A DNA stretch of 64,000 nt. Origin: Parachlamydiales bacterium (GTDB lineage: Bacteria; Chlamydiota; Chlamydiia; Chlamydiales; JAJFMK01). This document shows positions 1-9,766 of the stretch, in pieces. The DNA lies in NCBI GenBank assembly GCA_963765145.1, contig CAVXVG010000029.1, positions 1-64,000 on the forward strand. The letters run 5' to 3'. The notes beneath the pieces were generated by a model. That model had not been told where the DNA came from, searched no databases, and was given only the letters and a program-made list of their open reading frames with translations. Each line of letters begins with the position of its first letter. Position 1 is the first letter of the stretch. Position numbers and translations under genes: made by a program.

Positions 1-1430
1 GAGGGGGGAAGCGGTACTCGAAATTTAGGACTAATAACCACTATCACCAAGGGCTACAGCCAACGGATATCCCCGCACCGTATCGCTACCCCCGATGTAG
101 AATTGTTCAGGCAATGTAAGTTTACTTGGACTCAATTGACCTGAAGCATGGAAAAAGAAAAAGGTCTCTTGCGGCAACATCTGCAAACGGTCGTAATCGG
201 CATTGAAGATGAAGAACTGCCCGCCGCCGCCAATCCGCGAACTTTGTTTATCGACTGCTTTTAAGCCGCCCAAAAATTTTGGGATACCGGCAGAAAAACT
301 AAAAGTCAGATAATCGTGCGAAAAACAAGGGCAAAAATAATCTAAAAAGCCGCCGATAGTCAGCACTCGAAGCTTGTCGTACGAGACCCGATGGCCAAGC
401 ACATAGTTTTCGATCTGTTTGAAGTCGAAGTAGGCGAAAAGATCAACACTCAAATACCGATCACGGATAAGGGCCTGATCGACTCTTAATGTCGCAATGT
501 CTGAACGACCTCGAAGGCGCAAATTTTTCAGCTCTTCGATTTTGAATTGAGAATATAAATACCCGGCTCCTAAATAGGTGCCCTGACGGTTAATAGGCGC
601 TGTATAGCGGATGTCGGTAAAATAGAGGGCATTGACCGGAAGGCCTACAACTTCTGCAATGGATAAAGTGTCTCCATACAAAAACAGGTTCCCATAATCA
701 AGCCGGCCACCACCACGAGTATTGGTGGTTAAATCTCTCCCATAGTCGTTTGCATTGAGATAAAGGTGGACAGGTCTTGCATCAGACACACGCAAGATGA
801 CATCGGCACACCCAAACTCTTCCCCCTTCTCAAAAACAGAACCTACAATCAGATCGCTGTTATCGTTTACGAGCATCAAGGCTCTTAAAAACTCGTCATA
901 CCGTAGAGGCCTGTTCTGAAGCGCAGTAAAATAGCTGCGAATAAAACACTCGCTGTAATAGCAATTGCCAACTACTTCAATGTTTCCTAGACATCCTTCA
1001 ATAACCTCTAAAGTTAAAATGCCGTTCTTAATATCTTGTGGAGGTGGATAGGTACGAGCCAGAAAATAGCCGCATGCAGCGTAATATTGATCGATGATGT
1101 GGCAAAGCTCGTAAATGTCTCGTAAAGTCAGGTCGCAATTTAAGCCATCCCCTATAGCATTGAGGATTTCTTGATCTGCAACACAGGTATTCCCCAAAAT
1201 TCTAATTTTTTGGATGAACACCGACCTCTCTTCCGGCATTTCCAAACAATCGTCCGGCATGTCGATTTGGATGGCGGGAATATCTTTGCGAAAGGGATCA
1301 GTTGGGACTCGAACTCTCTTTCAAGCTCCCGTTCGACAACCCCTGCAGAAGGGACTGGAGGAGGTATTGCGTTCACTGAAAAAATGAGCGCAAACGATAG
1401 TAAAAAACTTGTGGCGCACGCTTTATGCAT
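1..1430 (-). CDS. ShlB/FhaC/HecB-family (Omp85/TpsB) outer-membrane transporter; frameshifted near 1290 and near 30, runs off the left edge
   Basis: Signal-peptide-like start (MHKACATSFLLSFALIFSVNA) in one frame. POTRA-like YYAACGYFLARTYPPPQDI and beta-barrel motif IGGSDTVRGY in the next frame. LNFEYR continues in another frame after the apparent stop. Confidence 0.8.
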
Positions 1431-1587
1431 GCAATTGAAGTTAGCAAATAGCTACATGTTAAACAAGGTAATTAGGCGTAGATTTCACGTTTAAACAACA
1501 GCCTAAGCAACTTACACGAAACTTGAATAAATTCGCATATCATGTTTAATTGCTTAGCAATCAATGAACCCTAACCAGGAAATGTAA

Positions 1588-2418
1588 ATGGCTGCTGCTG
1601 CCACACTAAACCCACCAACATTAAAATGGCCCTCTCTTGATGCTATCAGTGCTCATACAAATCACGTAGGAACGAAAGAACTGATCGAAATCATGAAAGC
1701 AAAAAAGTCGTTGCTTTGCGTCGCTGCAGATCTCGTCGGAGATGATGGGGTCGCCTACACAAAAGAAGACCTTTTTAAACTGATCCGTGAAATCGGTCCA
1801 GAAATTGCTGCTCTAAAAGTACATACAGACCTTTGCAGAGATTTTTTTGTTGCCGGCCCGAATGGAAAGACGGGAGCTCAAGAGCTAAAAGAGTTCGCTA
1901 AGCACTATAACTTTAAGGTCATTGAAGACAGAAAGCTTGGGGATATAGGCGATATTGCCAAGCGTATTTTACACACATTCCCACATGCAGATTTTGTAAC
2001 GATCCATGGAATATCCGGTGGCGAAGCTATCGAAGCGATGTGCAAAGTTGCGTCAGAAATTGGGATGGGCCTGATTCCCGTCATTGAAATGAGCAATAAA
2101 GGAAATTTGGTTTGGAAAATAACAGATGATTTGATGGAGATAGTCAATCGTCCTGAAATGAGTGATTGCTTAACTTGCTTAGTGGGTCAAGAGAAGGATG
2201 TGGGCTTCAAATTAAAATGCACCCCTGGAATCAGCACCTCAGAAAAGACATCAGGCGATCAACAATACAATACCCCAGAACATCGTATTGAACAGAATGG
2301 AACCCGTTTACTGATCGTCGGAAGCGATATTTACAAAATGACAGACCCTCTTGCCCGTCTTGCAAAAGTACAAGCGATTAATGCAAGAAGCTGGTCCGCC
2401 TACGAATGTTCGATATAG
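1588..2418 (+). CDS. pyrF: Orotidine-5'-phosphate decarboxylase, URA3/UMPS-like type
   Basis: LCVAAD, KVHTD, catalytic EDRKLGDIG, TPG and GDQQYNTP motifs. Confidence 0.8.
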   Translation: MAAAATLNPPTLKWPSLDAISAHTNHVGTKELIEIMKAKKSLLCVAADLVGDDGVAYTKEDLFKLIREIGPEIAALKVHTDLCRDFFVAGPNGKTGAQELKEFAKHYNFKVIEDRKLGDIGDIAKRILHTFPHADFVTIHGISGGEAIEAMCKVASEIGMGLIPVIEMSNKGNLVWKITDDLMEIVNRPEMSDCLTCLVGQEKDVGFKLKCTPGISTSEKTSGDQQYNTPEHRIEQNGTRLLIVGSDIYKMTDPLARLAKVQAINARSWSAYECSI

Positions 2419-2464
2419 AATCGGCAGTTCCGCAATCCATTACGTGCGAAAACAGCTTTTTTAA

Positions 2465-2920
2465 TTCGCAACACGTTTGGAGTGCGCAAGTCCTCTTGCG
2501 CTTTCACTGTTCACTGACAAGTCAAAGCTAAACGGGAGTTTAGTACGGCCTTGTTGCATAATTAAGCATAATTTGGACAAATATTGTAGCTTAGGCTTTA
2601 GAGGCACTTGCAAAAATGGGCCAATCTGCTTTTTCGTCTTTTCGAAAAAATTGCGCTTGTTTTCGATTCGGCTAACCCACAAGGGGTTAGGCCTCATCTC
2701 CAAACAAGCATTTTTTCAAAAATCCTGAAAAATCAGATTTTGGCCGATTTTTGCAAGTACCTCTTTAGCCTGAGTTTGTTTTGCGGGGTTTTAACCCCGC
2801 ACATCTTCTGCAGGACTAAAGTCCTGCAAAACGAGCTCAGGCTAAAGCCTAAGCTACATTTTTTAATTAGAAATTGAATTGTGCAACAAGGCCGTTTAGT
2901 ACTCCAAACGCACACGCGAA
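2465..2920. repeat. Four-level nested element: REPIN A [MITE B 2547-2893 [REPIN C 2585-2858 [MITE D 2601-2763]]]
   Basis: A arms cgtttggagtgc...gtactccaaacg. B ends ggccttgttgca/tgcaacaaggcc with 9-bp duplication gtttagtac. C ends tgtagcttaggc/gcctaagctaca. D ends gaggcacttgcaaaa/ttttgcaagtacctc with TTTA duplication. Confidence 0.9.
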
Positions 2921-2939
2921 ATAAAAAACTCTTTTTTGA

Positions 2940-4925
2940 TTACTTGGGCTTAAGAGTGGTGTAATGTTGTCCCCCAAATCGTAAGTGCCTTGGTGGTCCT
3001 TTTTGGTCGACGCCATAAATGGTATGTGGCTTTATTTTCTTGCTCTTGGGATCTAAGAAAAACTTTTTTAGGTCTCTGTTATAGACGTAAATGGGGCATT
3101 TAATCAGCTTGGCTGCAATTTCAAATTCGAGCTCCATCATAAATGTTCCCTCGCTTAAAACTTCACGCGCTCGAATTTCAATAGCTTTGTACTTAGCCTG
3201 CTTTAAAGCATTAGCCGAATCATATTTTCCTCCCACATGTACGAAATCTATGTAATCATCTTTATTGTTTAAGAGATGATCAGAGATTTTCCTTCTCATC
3301 TCAATCGCAATAATATGTCTCTTGTTTAAATCTAAATCAGGCGTTAAAGCTGTAAAAAAGCAATTTGCATTCATTGACATGTGGCTAATGACAGTAAAAT
3401 CTTGCAGAATTTGCGTATCAAATTCAGCGCCTGTATGGTTATGAATGTGTATTAATCCTTCTATAGCAGAAGGAAGAGGCCTTTGTTTAGAAGCGAGATT
3501 TGAAGTCACTGCCCTCACCAGCTGCGAACAAAATGGAGCGTAATACTTTTTTAAGATCCAATCAGAGAAAGGTTTAAACTGAGGGCAATTCTCAACATCT
3601 TTTCCAGGATTGTTTTGCAGCCATTTTGCAATATGCAAGGCTTCGTCTGTGATGAAAGGATAATCCATTCCGTTTGGGCTTGTTAAGTCATTCACGTGGC
3701 ATAAACTGACATGTCGCAAATAATTGTCGTCAAAGGGACTTGAGGTAAATGCTTGTCCAAAATACAGTGTCACATCGTTAGGAAAAACCAGCTGATCTCC
3801 TCTGATAGTCACATTTTGAAGTAGGCCAACGATCAGATCCCTACACATTTTCTGCACGAATGGTATGTCGGATAAAACTGACTCATCCCAATTTTTCACA
3901 ACAGGGTGACTTCTAAAAAGATTTTTCAGTCTGTCGTGTATCAGCTCTTGGACACTATTTCCATCATTGTCCCAAAACCGATGCCTCATCTCTACTGCAA
4001 GCAGCTTTAATGCATTAAAACAATCAGCTGTAGCCAAATCAGTCTGGTTGATAAATTGAGGTTGTAAACAGACGATCCTTAACCAGGTTCTTTGCTCTTC
4101 AGTAAGCTCGTTCAATTGCTTTTTAAAAGCGATGGGGTCGAAGTGACTTTGTTGAGTATTCAAACAGTCAATACGATAGACTGGATTGCCGTCTTTAAGC
4201 GTTATAGCAAGGCTGTCTGCGCACCAATCAGTAGAATTTGGCCAGACGATACTGGTTGTGCAACCTTCCTCAATGATCCCATCCAGAAAAACGTCTAACG
4301 TTGTCGTTAAAAACGGGTTATCTTCTATCCTATTTCTTTCAAAAGCCTCATTGAATCTCTTCCAAAATCCTTCAGACTTTACCTTGTCCAAGCAAGCAAC
4401 GACATTGATTTTGGGAGGCCAAATCTTTGCGACAAGAGAGGTCACTGAATCAGATAGCCCCCTTGAAACACGACCAAAAAGCGGATTGCTCGTTCTGCGC
4501 AACATAACAAGGAGAGGGAGAGCAAAAGCCACAGCGGTTGCGATCTTGGCAAGATTGCTAAAACGGGTAGATTGAGAAAAATTCCAAGCTTTAGCGGCCG
4601 TGCTAGCGACTAACCCTGCCCCTTTTAAAGCAATAGATCTTGTTATCGTTGCGATTTGTCCAATTTTTAAAATTGCAGCAAGCACACTGCCACTATAAAA
4701 AGAAAGCGCTGCTCCTAGCGCGAATGCTTTAGTAATATTTAAAAATTTTCTTTCTTGATCTGGATATTTTTTAGCCAGGTGTGTAGCTGTGACAACTCCT
4801 GCAAGCCCTATTAATGTTATAGCATATGTAGCAACAGTTATCGTAGTAATGCTACGGCTCCAATTGACGTTGGTGAGCAGCGGGATGCGCGGCAAACTTG
4901 AAAGACTGATTGGACCTATCTGCAT
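2940..4925 (-). CDS. Membrane-anchored protein with C-terminal OTU-like cysteine protease (candidate deubiquitinase effector)
   Basis: Hydrophobic N-terminal segments; C-terminal NANCFFTAL ... ELEFEIAAKLIKCPIYVY ... FGGQHY, the OTU Cys and His boxes. Confidence 0.7.
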   Translation of the reverse strand: MQIGPISLSSLPRIPLLTNVNWSRSITTITVATYAITLIGLAGVVTATHLAKKYPDQERKFLNITKAFALGAALSFYSGSVLAAILKIGQIATITRSIALKGAGLVASTAAKAWNFSQSTRFSNLAKIATAVAFALPLLVMLRRTSNPLFGRVSRGLSDSVTSLVAKIWPPKINVVACLDKVKSEGFWKRFNEAFERNRIEDNPFLTTTLDVFLDGIIEEGCTTSIVWPNSTDWCADSLAITLKDGNPVYRIDCLNTQQSHFDPIAFKKQLNELTEEQRTWLRIVCLQPQFINQTDLATADCFNALKLLAVEMRHRFWDNDGNSVQELIHDRLKNLFRSHPVVKNWDESVLSDIPFVQKMCRDLIVGLLQNVTIRGDQLVFPNDVTLYFGQAFTSSPFDDNYLRHVSLCHVNDLTSPNGMDYPFITDEALHIAKWLQNNPGKDVENCPQFKPFSDWILKKYYAPFCSQLVRAVTSNLASKQRPLPSAIEGLIHIHNHTGAEFDTQILQDFTVISHMSMNANCFFTALTPDLDLNKRHIIAIEMRRKISDHLLNNKDDYIDFVHVGGKYDSANALKQAKYKAIEIRAREVLSEGTFMMELEFEIAAKLIKCPIYVYNRDLKKFFLDPKSKKIKPHTIYGVDQKGPPRHLRFGGQHYTTLKPK

Positions 4926-5034
4926 TATAACCTTATTTATAGTAGGGATATTTTACACTTTTGCCGGCATGGATGCAAATCGTTAATCTCTTGAGGGAAA
5001 ATGGGACAAATTGCTATGTTCTGTTGTTCACGGT

Positions 5035-5109
5035 CGGAGTATAGCGCAGCTTGGCTAGCGCGGCTGCTTTGGGAGCAGTAGGTCGGGGGTTCGAATCCCT
5101 CTACTCCGA
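5035..5109 (+). tRNA. tRNA-Pro(TGG)
   Basis: Cloverleaf: acceptor cggagta/tactccg, anticodon arm gctgc-tttggga-gcagt, T-arm ggttcgaatccc; CCA not encoded. Confidence 0.95.
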
Positions 5110-5123
5110 TTTTCTTTTTTCTT

Positions 5124-5966
5124 ATGATCACTTGGGACGCACCAAAAGCTCTCTTTACTTTTCCAGCTACAGGCCATGAAGTTCGCATTTATGGTGTCCT
5201 TTTTGCACTTGGAGCAGGCCTTGCTTGGTACTTGATCAGGCGAAATTTCATTTCCTTATTCCAGAGTAAAGGAGAACCCTTACCGCAGGCGAAAGAGCGA
5301 GCGACTAAGCTTTTAGACAAGCTGACCTGGATATCGGTCCTTTCTTTAGTTCTAGGCGCCCGGCTGTTCCATCTGGTTTTCTACGATTTTGATTATTTCG
5401 TCCAGGACCCCCTCTCCATATTCCGTTTTTGGGAACCGGGACTTGCAAGCCATGGGGGAACCCTCGGCTTACTTATAGGTGTTACCCTTTTCTGGAAGAA
5501 AACTAAAGATCAGTTTTTAGGGGCCGGTTTCCTCGAATTTCTCGATCGTTTTTCACCTCCTACTGCTATCACGGGTGCTTTTATCCGTTTTGGCAATTTC
5601 TTTAACCAAGAAATTTTAGGGACGCCAACCGATATGCCTTGGGGTGTTACTTTTCTTCACCCTGTTGATGGTGGCCCAATCGTTCCACGCCACCCCGTAC
5701 AGCTTTATGAAGGGTTTTTCTATCTAGCCTGCTTTTTTGTCTTAAGCAAGATCGCACCAAAAAAGCCCGGATTTGTTTCAGGCCTCTTTTTTGTCTTGGT
5801 TTTTGGTGGACGGATGGTATTGGAAGCGTTCAAAGACTCTCAAAGCGGCGTTTTTGATGGGTCGGCTTTTTCAACAGGCCAGCTCCTCAGCATCCCCCTC
5901 ATCCTCTTCGGCCTATTCCTAATGTTTAGAAGAAGCTTTTTTTATAACCCACGAAATATAGCTTAG
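5124..5966 (+). CDS. lgt: Prolipoprotein diacylglyceryl transferase
   Basis: GARL, GLASHGG, RFGNFFNQE and RHPVQLYE motifs. Confidence 0.95.
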   Translation: MITWDAPKALFTFPATGHEVRIYGVLFALGAGLAWYLIRRNFISLFQSKGEPLPQAKERATKLLDKLTWISVLSLVLGARLFHLVFYDFDYFVQDPLSIFRFWEPGLASHGGTLGLLIGVTLFWKKTKDQFLGAGFLEFLDRFSPPTAITGAFIRFGNFFNQEILGTPTDMPWGVTFLHPVDGGPIVPRHPVQLYEGFFYLACFFVLSKIAPKKPGFVSGLFFVLVFGGRMVLEAFKDSQSGVFDGSAFSTGQLLSIPLILFGLFLMFRRSFFYNPRNIA

Positions 5967-6275
5967 ACTTTAAAGGCACTTGCAAAATTCGAATAGTTGG
6001 TTTTTCTCTAGAAAATAGGTCCGAAGGACCGAAATATGAAAGCCCAGCGCCGAAGGCCTGGGTTACAAATGTGAAATATAATTGGAGTCCTGAAAGGACG
6101 GCATAATTGCCTTCTAGACTATTTATAGAACAGGATATGTCGTCCCTTCAGGACTCCAATTTCTATTTGCAACTCTTACCCAGGCCTTCGGCGCTGGGCT
6201 TTCATATTTCGGCCCTTGCGGGCCTATTTTAAGCTTAACCTGATTTTTGCAAGTGGCTCTAAAGCCTAAGCTACA
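5957..6275. repeat. Nested element: REPIN C ends [MITE D 5973-6259 [hairpin cargo 6012-6230]]
   Basis: tatagcttagacttta...taaagcctaagctaca flanks D ends aggcacttgcaaaa/tttttgcaagtggctc. Internal long inverted repeat with agcccagcgccgaaggcctggg and gtcctgaaaggac units. Confidence 0.85.
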
Positions 6276-6284
6276 TTTCGTAGG

Positions 6285-6872
6285 CTACAAGACCTTCTTA
6301 GCAAGCAAAGCGGTCAACAAGTCTTTAAAGACGTGAAGGGGCGGTTGGTCGCCATTGATGTGGATCTGCTTATCGACAGGATAGGCCGTTAGGACATCGG
6401 CCGTCTGTTGTTTGTAGACCTCTAGCCTTTTGTGCAAAACGTCACGCTTTGCATCGTCGGCTCTTCCTTCGATCAATGCCCTTTTTTCAAGACGATTGAT
6501 GAGGGTCTCTTCATTTTTGACATCGAGCAGGACGACCGACACCATTTCGATCTCTTTTTTCAAAAGTTCGGCTTGGTTTTTGGTTCTTGGGATGCCGTCT
6601 AAAAGAAGGAGCTGTTTTTTTCGGTCAAATTTGAAAGTTTTTTCAAGCCCATCGATGTAGCTAAGACAAATGTCTAAAGTGACTTGATCAGGAACAAGCT
6701 GCCCTTTAACGATGTATTCCTGTTGTAAGGCTGATTCCTTGCTATCTTTAGGGATGGCTCGGAAGATGTCCCCCGATGAGAGGTGGTAAAGGTCTGCCAC
6801 ATGGGCCAATTTTTTGGCTTGGGTCCCCTTCCCTGAACCGGGAGGTCCCACTAGTAAAAGTGCACGCATCAT
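6285..6872 (-). CDS. adk: Adenylate kinase
   Basis: GPPGSGKGTQA, SSGDIFR, LDGIPRT and GRADD motifs. Confidence 0.95.
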   Translation of the reverse strand: MMRALLLVGPPGSGKGTQAKKLAHVADLYHLSSGDIFRAIPKDSKESALQQEYIVKGQLVPDQVTLDICLSYIDGLEKTFKFDRKKQLLLLDGIPRTKNQAELLKKEIEMVSVVLLDVKNEETLINRLEKRALIEGRADDAKRDVLHKRLEVYKQQTADVLTAYPVDKQIHINGDQPPLHVFKDLLTALLAKKVL

Positions 6873-6891
6873 AAGTTATGATAGTATTGCA

Positions 6892-6992
6892 GCAATCCCG
6901 ACTGGAAATCAAGCGAGACACTCCAGAATGGAGTGAAGGATGGTAGCCCAAGGTAAGGAAACCCTGAAAGGGTGACGCAACCCTGGGATTGC
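6892..6992. repeat. Small REP-like multi-hairpin in the divergent adk/ferredoxin spacer
   Basis: gcaatccc...gggattgc closes cactcc/ggagtg and cccaaggt...accctgaaagggt...accctggg hairpins, similar to the cargo units at 6012-6230 and 29389-29597. Confidence 0.45.
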
Positions 6993-7043
6993 ATTTATCG
7001 ACGGAAAAATGTACTATAATAAAGTCTTTAAATTTATACCATT

Positions 7044-7310
7044 ATGCCAAAGCTAATCTTTTCTAGAACAAACGAAGAATTTGACCTACCGGAACTCTCC
7101 CCTTTGCAAGAAATTTGCGAAGAGGCCGGCGTTCCTTTTGCTTGTACAGAGGGGGTTTGCGGCACCTGTGTGATTGAAATTAAAGAAGGGCAAGAGAACT
7201 TAACACCCCCTACTGAAGAAGAAGAAGATTTTCTCGGGACAGGTGTTTTAGACGAAAGACTGGCTTGCCAATGTAAAATCAAATGTGGCACAGTCCGTAT
7301 CACATTCTAA
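7044..7310 (+). CDS. 2Fe-2S ferredoxin
   Basis: C-TEGV-C-GT-C ... RLACQC. Confidence 0.9.
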   Translation: MPKLIFSRTNEEFDLPELSPLQEICEEAGVPFACTEGVCGTCVIEIKEGQENLTPPTEEEEDFLGTGVLDERLACQCKIKCGTVRITF

Positions 7311-7344
7311 CATCTTTTAACATCAAGCTTTAAGGGGAAAACCT

Positions 7345-7920
7345 ATGTCAGACACAACAACCATCCATCCACAAATGACCATTGAGGACATCCTCTCTTT
7401 ATTCCCTACAAAGGCACAGCGTCTCTCGCAAGAGATCACCAATGCCGGGCTTCACTGTGTAGGCTGCCATGCAGCTACCTGGGAAACTTTAGAGGGCGGG
7501 ATGTTAGGACATGGAAAATCGCAAGAAGAGATTTCAAAGCTTGTCCAAAAGCTTAACGATTTGCTCAAAGAAAAAGAGCCGAATTACGATGCAGATAAAA
7601 TCCACCTCACTCCAAAAGCGGCTGCAAAATTTTTAGATTTTCTCCGTCAGGAAAATAAAGAAGGTTGGGCCCTCCGTTTTGGTGACAGAATGGCTGGATG
7701 CAGCGGATTTGAGTACATCCTCGACTATTCAGAAAAAGCATTGCCAAACGACGACCTCTTCACCTCTTCAGGCATTGAAATCCACGTGGACAAAGCCTCT
7801 TCAAAGCGTCTCCGTGGTTCAGTGATCGATTTTGTCGATGGCATGTCTGGTGGCGGTTTTAAAGTTTCTAACCCGCAAGCCAAAAGCTCTTGCGGCTGCG
7901 GCACCAGCCATGGCTATTAG
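7345..7920 (+). CDS. DUF1858-like domain fused to HesB/IscA Fe-S cluster carrier
   Basis: GLHCVGC N-terminal domain; AGCSGFEY and SSCGCGTS. Confidence 0.85.
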   Translation: MSDTTTIHPQMTIEDILSLFPTKAQRLSQEITNAGLHCVGCHAATWETLEGGMLGHGKSQEEISKLVQKLNDLLKEKEPNYDADKIHLTPKAAAKFLDFLRQENKEGWALRFGDRMAGCSGFEYILDYSEKALPNDDLFTSSGIEIHVDKASSKRLRGSVIDFVDGMSGGGFKVSNPQAKSSCGCGTSHGY

Positions 7921-8041
7921 ATAACCTTTCGCCACCTCATTCTGAAATTTAAAATTTTACAAATCTTTCTCTACCTCACGATGTTCTTTGTAGTAGAGGA
8001 AGATTTAAAATATAATTTACTTTTTTAAAAATGAGATTTTT

Positions 8042-9706
8042 ATGTCAAGCAATTGGAATATTCAATATTTTAATAATCGAAAGTTAATAGAAATAAGCCC
8101 GCAGAAAGATCAACGAAAAAATGCTGAAAGCGTCAGCGTAATGATAGAGGACTTTTATGAATTGGCTGTGACAAACAATATCCCTATTCATTTTTACCCA
8201 AGTTCTCCAAATCCTATTGATGGTAAACGCCCAAGTCATCAACGAATGACTCTAAAGAATGATGGAGCTTACCAGAAATTTATTCGGGAGAACTTAGGCA
8301 TCTCTTCAAAATCCCAAATGCAACAACAGCAACCTAAACAGAGCCCCCTTCCTCCGAAAAATCCTAAGGCAAAGGAAACAACCCCTCCTCCCCCTTCTAA
8401 GGCGGTGGAATCGAGCTCCTCCTCATCTGCTACCATAAGTGCTCCTGCTCCTCTCAATGAGGTGGCTTCCACAAAAAAAGCGATGACTTCTAAAGAGTTT
8501 GATGAAAATTATGAAAAAAAGATATTTGAAAAATTTTTGAAAACGAATAAAGCTCAAGCCAAGAACATCACCTCGATCAGACTTCCCTCTGAGGCAACTG
8601 CTGAATGGCTTGAACTCCTCTATTCTTACAGCCCTGACATCACTTCGCTTGCGTTTACCTTCCCCTCCACTTTTTCTGACAAAGATTATCCTGCTATCTT
8701 AAGATTTTCCAAACTAACTACACTTGATCTACGTGGCAATTCTGGAATTAACGGTTTTACAGATAACGGTCTGACTCAATTGTCAAAACTTCCCAGTCTT
8801 GTAACGCTCACTCTCCCGCATGACACAAAAAATTTAGCATATCTTAATAATTGTTCTAACTTATCCACCTTGATTCTTTCTGAATGCAAAGAAATTACAG
8901 TTAATAGCTTTTTGAGTCTGCATAAGGGTCTCCTTAGACGCCTAGATTTATCACATTGCAACCAGTTTGACGATGACGGCATTAGGACCATTCTTGACAC
9001 GTGCGGCTCCATTACTTCCCTGCGTCTTGCGCATAGTGATATTACAGGTGAATGTTTTAACGGGGTTCCCATTCTCAATGATGTTGATCTATTGTTTTGC
9101 GATAAAATAACAGATGAGGGACTTAAAGCTCTTTCATCACATCCGCTTATTTCTCTTAAGTTAGGCAGCAGGGTTATCACCGGAAAGGGAGTCCAAATTC
9201 TTGGAAAGTGCACTTCGCTTCAGTCCCTTGATTTTTATTGCCAGAACATTGACCACACAGAATTAAGCTTTCTACCTTCCCTGGTTAATCTGACCCATCT
9301 TGATCTGCTCCAATCTCTACAGGACGAAAGTTTGCCATATCTCATTGGATGTAAAAAGCTCAATGAAATGGTTGCTTTGAGTACCTGTAATTTAGGCAAC
9401 AACGCATTAGAAACCTTATCAAAATCGAAAATTGCCGCAACTATCATCTCTCTTGAACTAAGCAGTGGTTGGTCGATGACTGACGAGGGCCTTAAACCAC
9501 TCTTAGAAAAATGCACGAAATTGGCCCATTTCAGCATCAATTACTCTTCAGATGTCACCGTAGAAGGGCTTCGACCTCTTTCAAGCATTCGCACACTCAC
9601 CACAGTAAACGTAAATCAGTGTGATCAGATCACCGACAAAACAGTTTTGTCTTTCTTAAAAAATGTAAACACAGAGGTCACTTATAAAGATCTTAGAAAA
9701 AAATAA
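8042..9706 (+). CDS. Leucine-rich repeat protein (eukaryote-like, cysteine-containing LRR); candidate effector
   Basis: Repeats such as LRRLDLSHCNQFDDDGI and VDLLFCDKITDEGL after a Pro/Ser-rich linker. Confidence 0.8.
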   Translation: MSSNWNIQYFNNRKLIEISPQKDQRKNAESVSVMIEDFYELAVTNNIPIHFYPSSPNPIDGKRPSHQRMTLKNDGAYQKFIRENLGISSKSQMQQQQPKQSPLPPKNPKAKETTPPPPSKAVESSSSSSATISAPAPLNEVASTKKAMTSKEFDENYEKKIFEKFLKTNKAQAKNITSIRLPSEATAEWLELLYSYSPDITSLAFTFPSTFSDKDYPAILRFSKLTTLDLRGNSGINGFTDNGLTQLSKLPSLVTLTLPHDTKNLAYLNNCSNLSTLILSECKEITVNSFLSLHKGLLRRLDLSHCNQFDDDGIRTILDTCGSITSLRLAHSDITGECFNGVPILNDVDLLFCDKITDEGLKALSSHPLISLKLGSRVITGKGVQILGKCTSLQSLDFYCQNIDHTELSFLPSLVNLTHLDLLQSLQDESLPYLIGCKKLNEMVALSTCNLGNNALETLSKSKIAATIISLELSSGWSMTDEGLKPLLEKCTKLAHFSINYSSDVTVEGLRPLSSIRTLTTVNVNQCDQITDKTVLSFLKNVNTEVTYKDLRKK

Positions 9707-9766
9707 CTATAATCACTGTTAAAACAGCCTCTGATCAATAAATAAGAATTACAGGTTAAGAACATC

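Noticed and set aside
2461..2915. Short ORFs over repeats (also 29147-29374, 40588-40821, 50377-50610, 54625-54822 and the 5' extensions at 31796-32014 and 35992-36087)
   Set aside because: These are translations of repeat DNA or IS ends with no protein motifs
5035..5109. tRNA-Pro as an island integration site
   Set aside because: No integrase and no duplicated tRNA 3' end seen in the window
6892..6992. Riboswitch or SRP-like RNA upstream of ferredoxin
   Set aside because: No family motifs recognised; the hairpins resemble the REP-like cargo units instead
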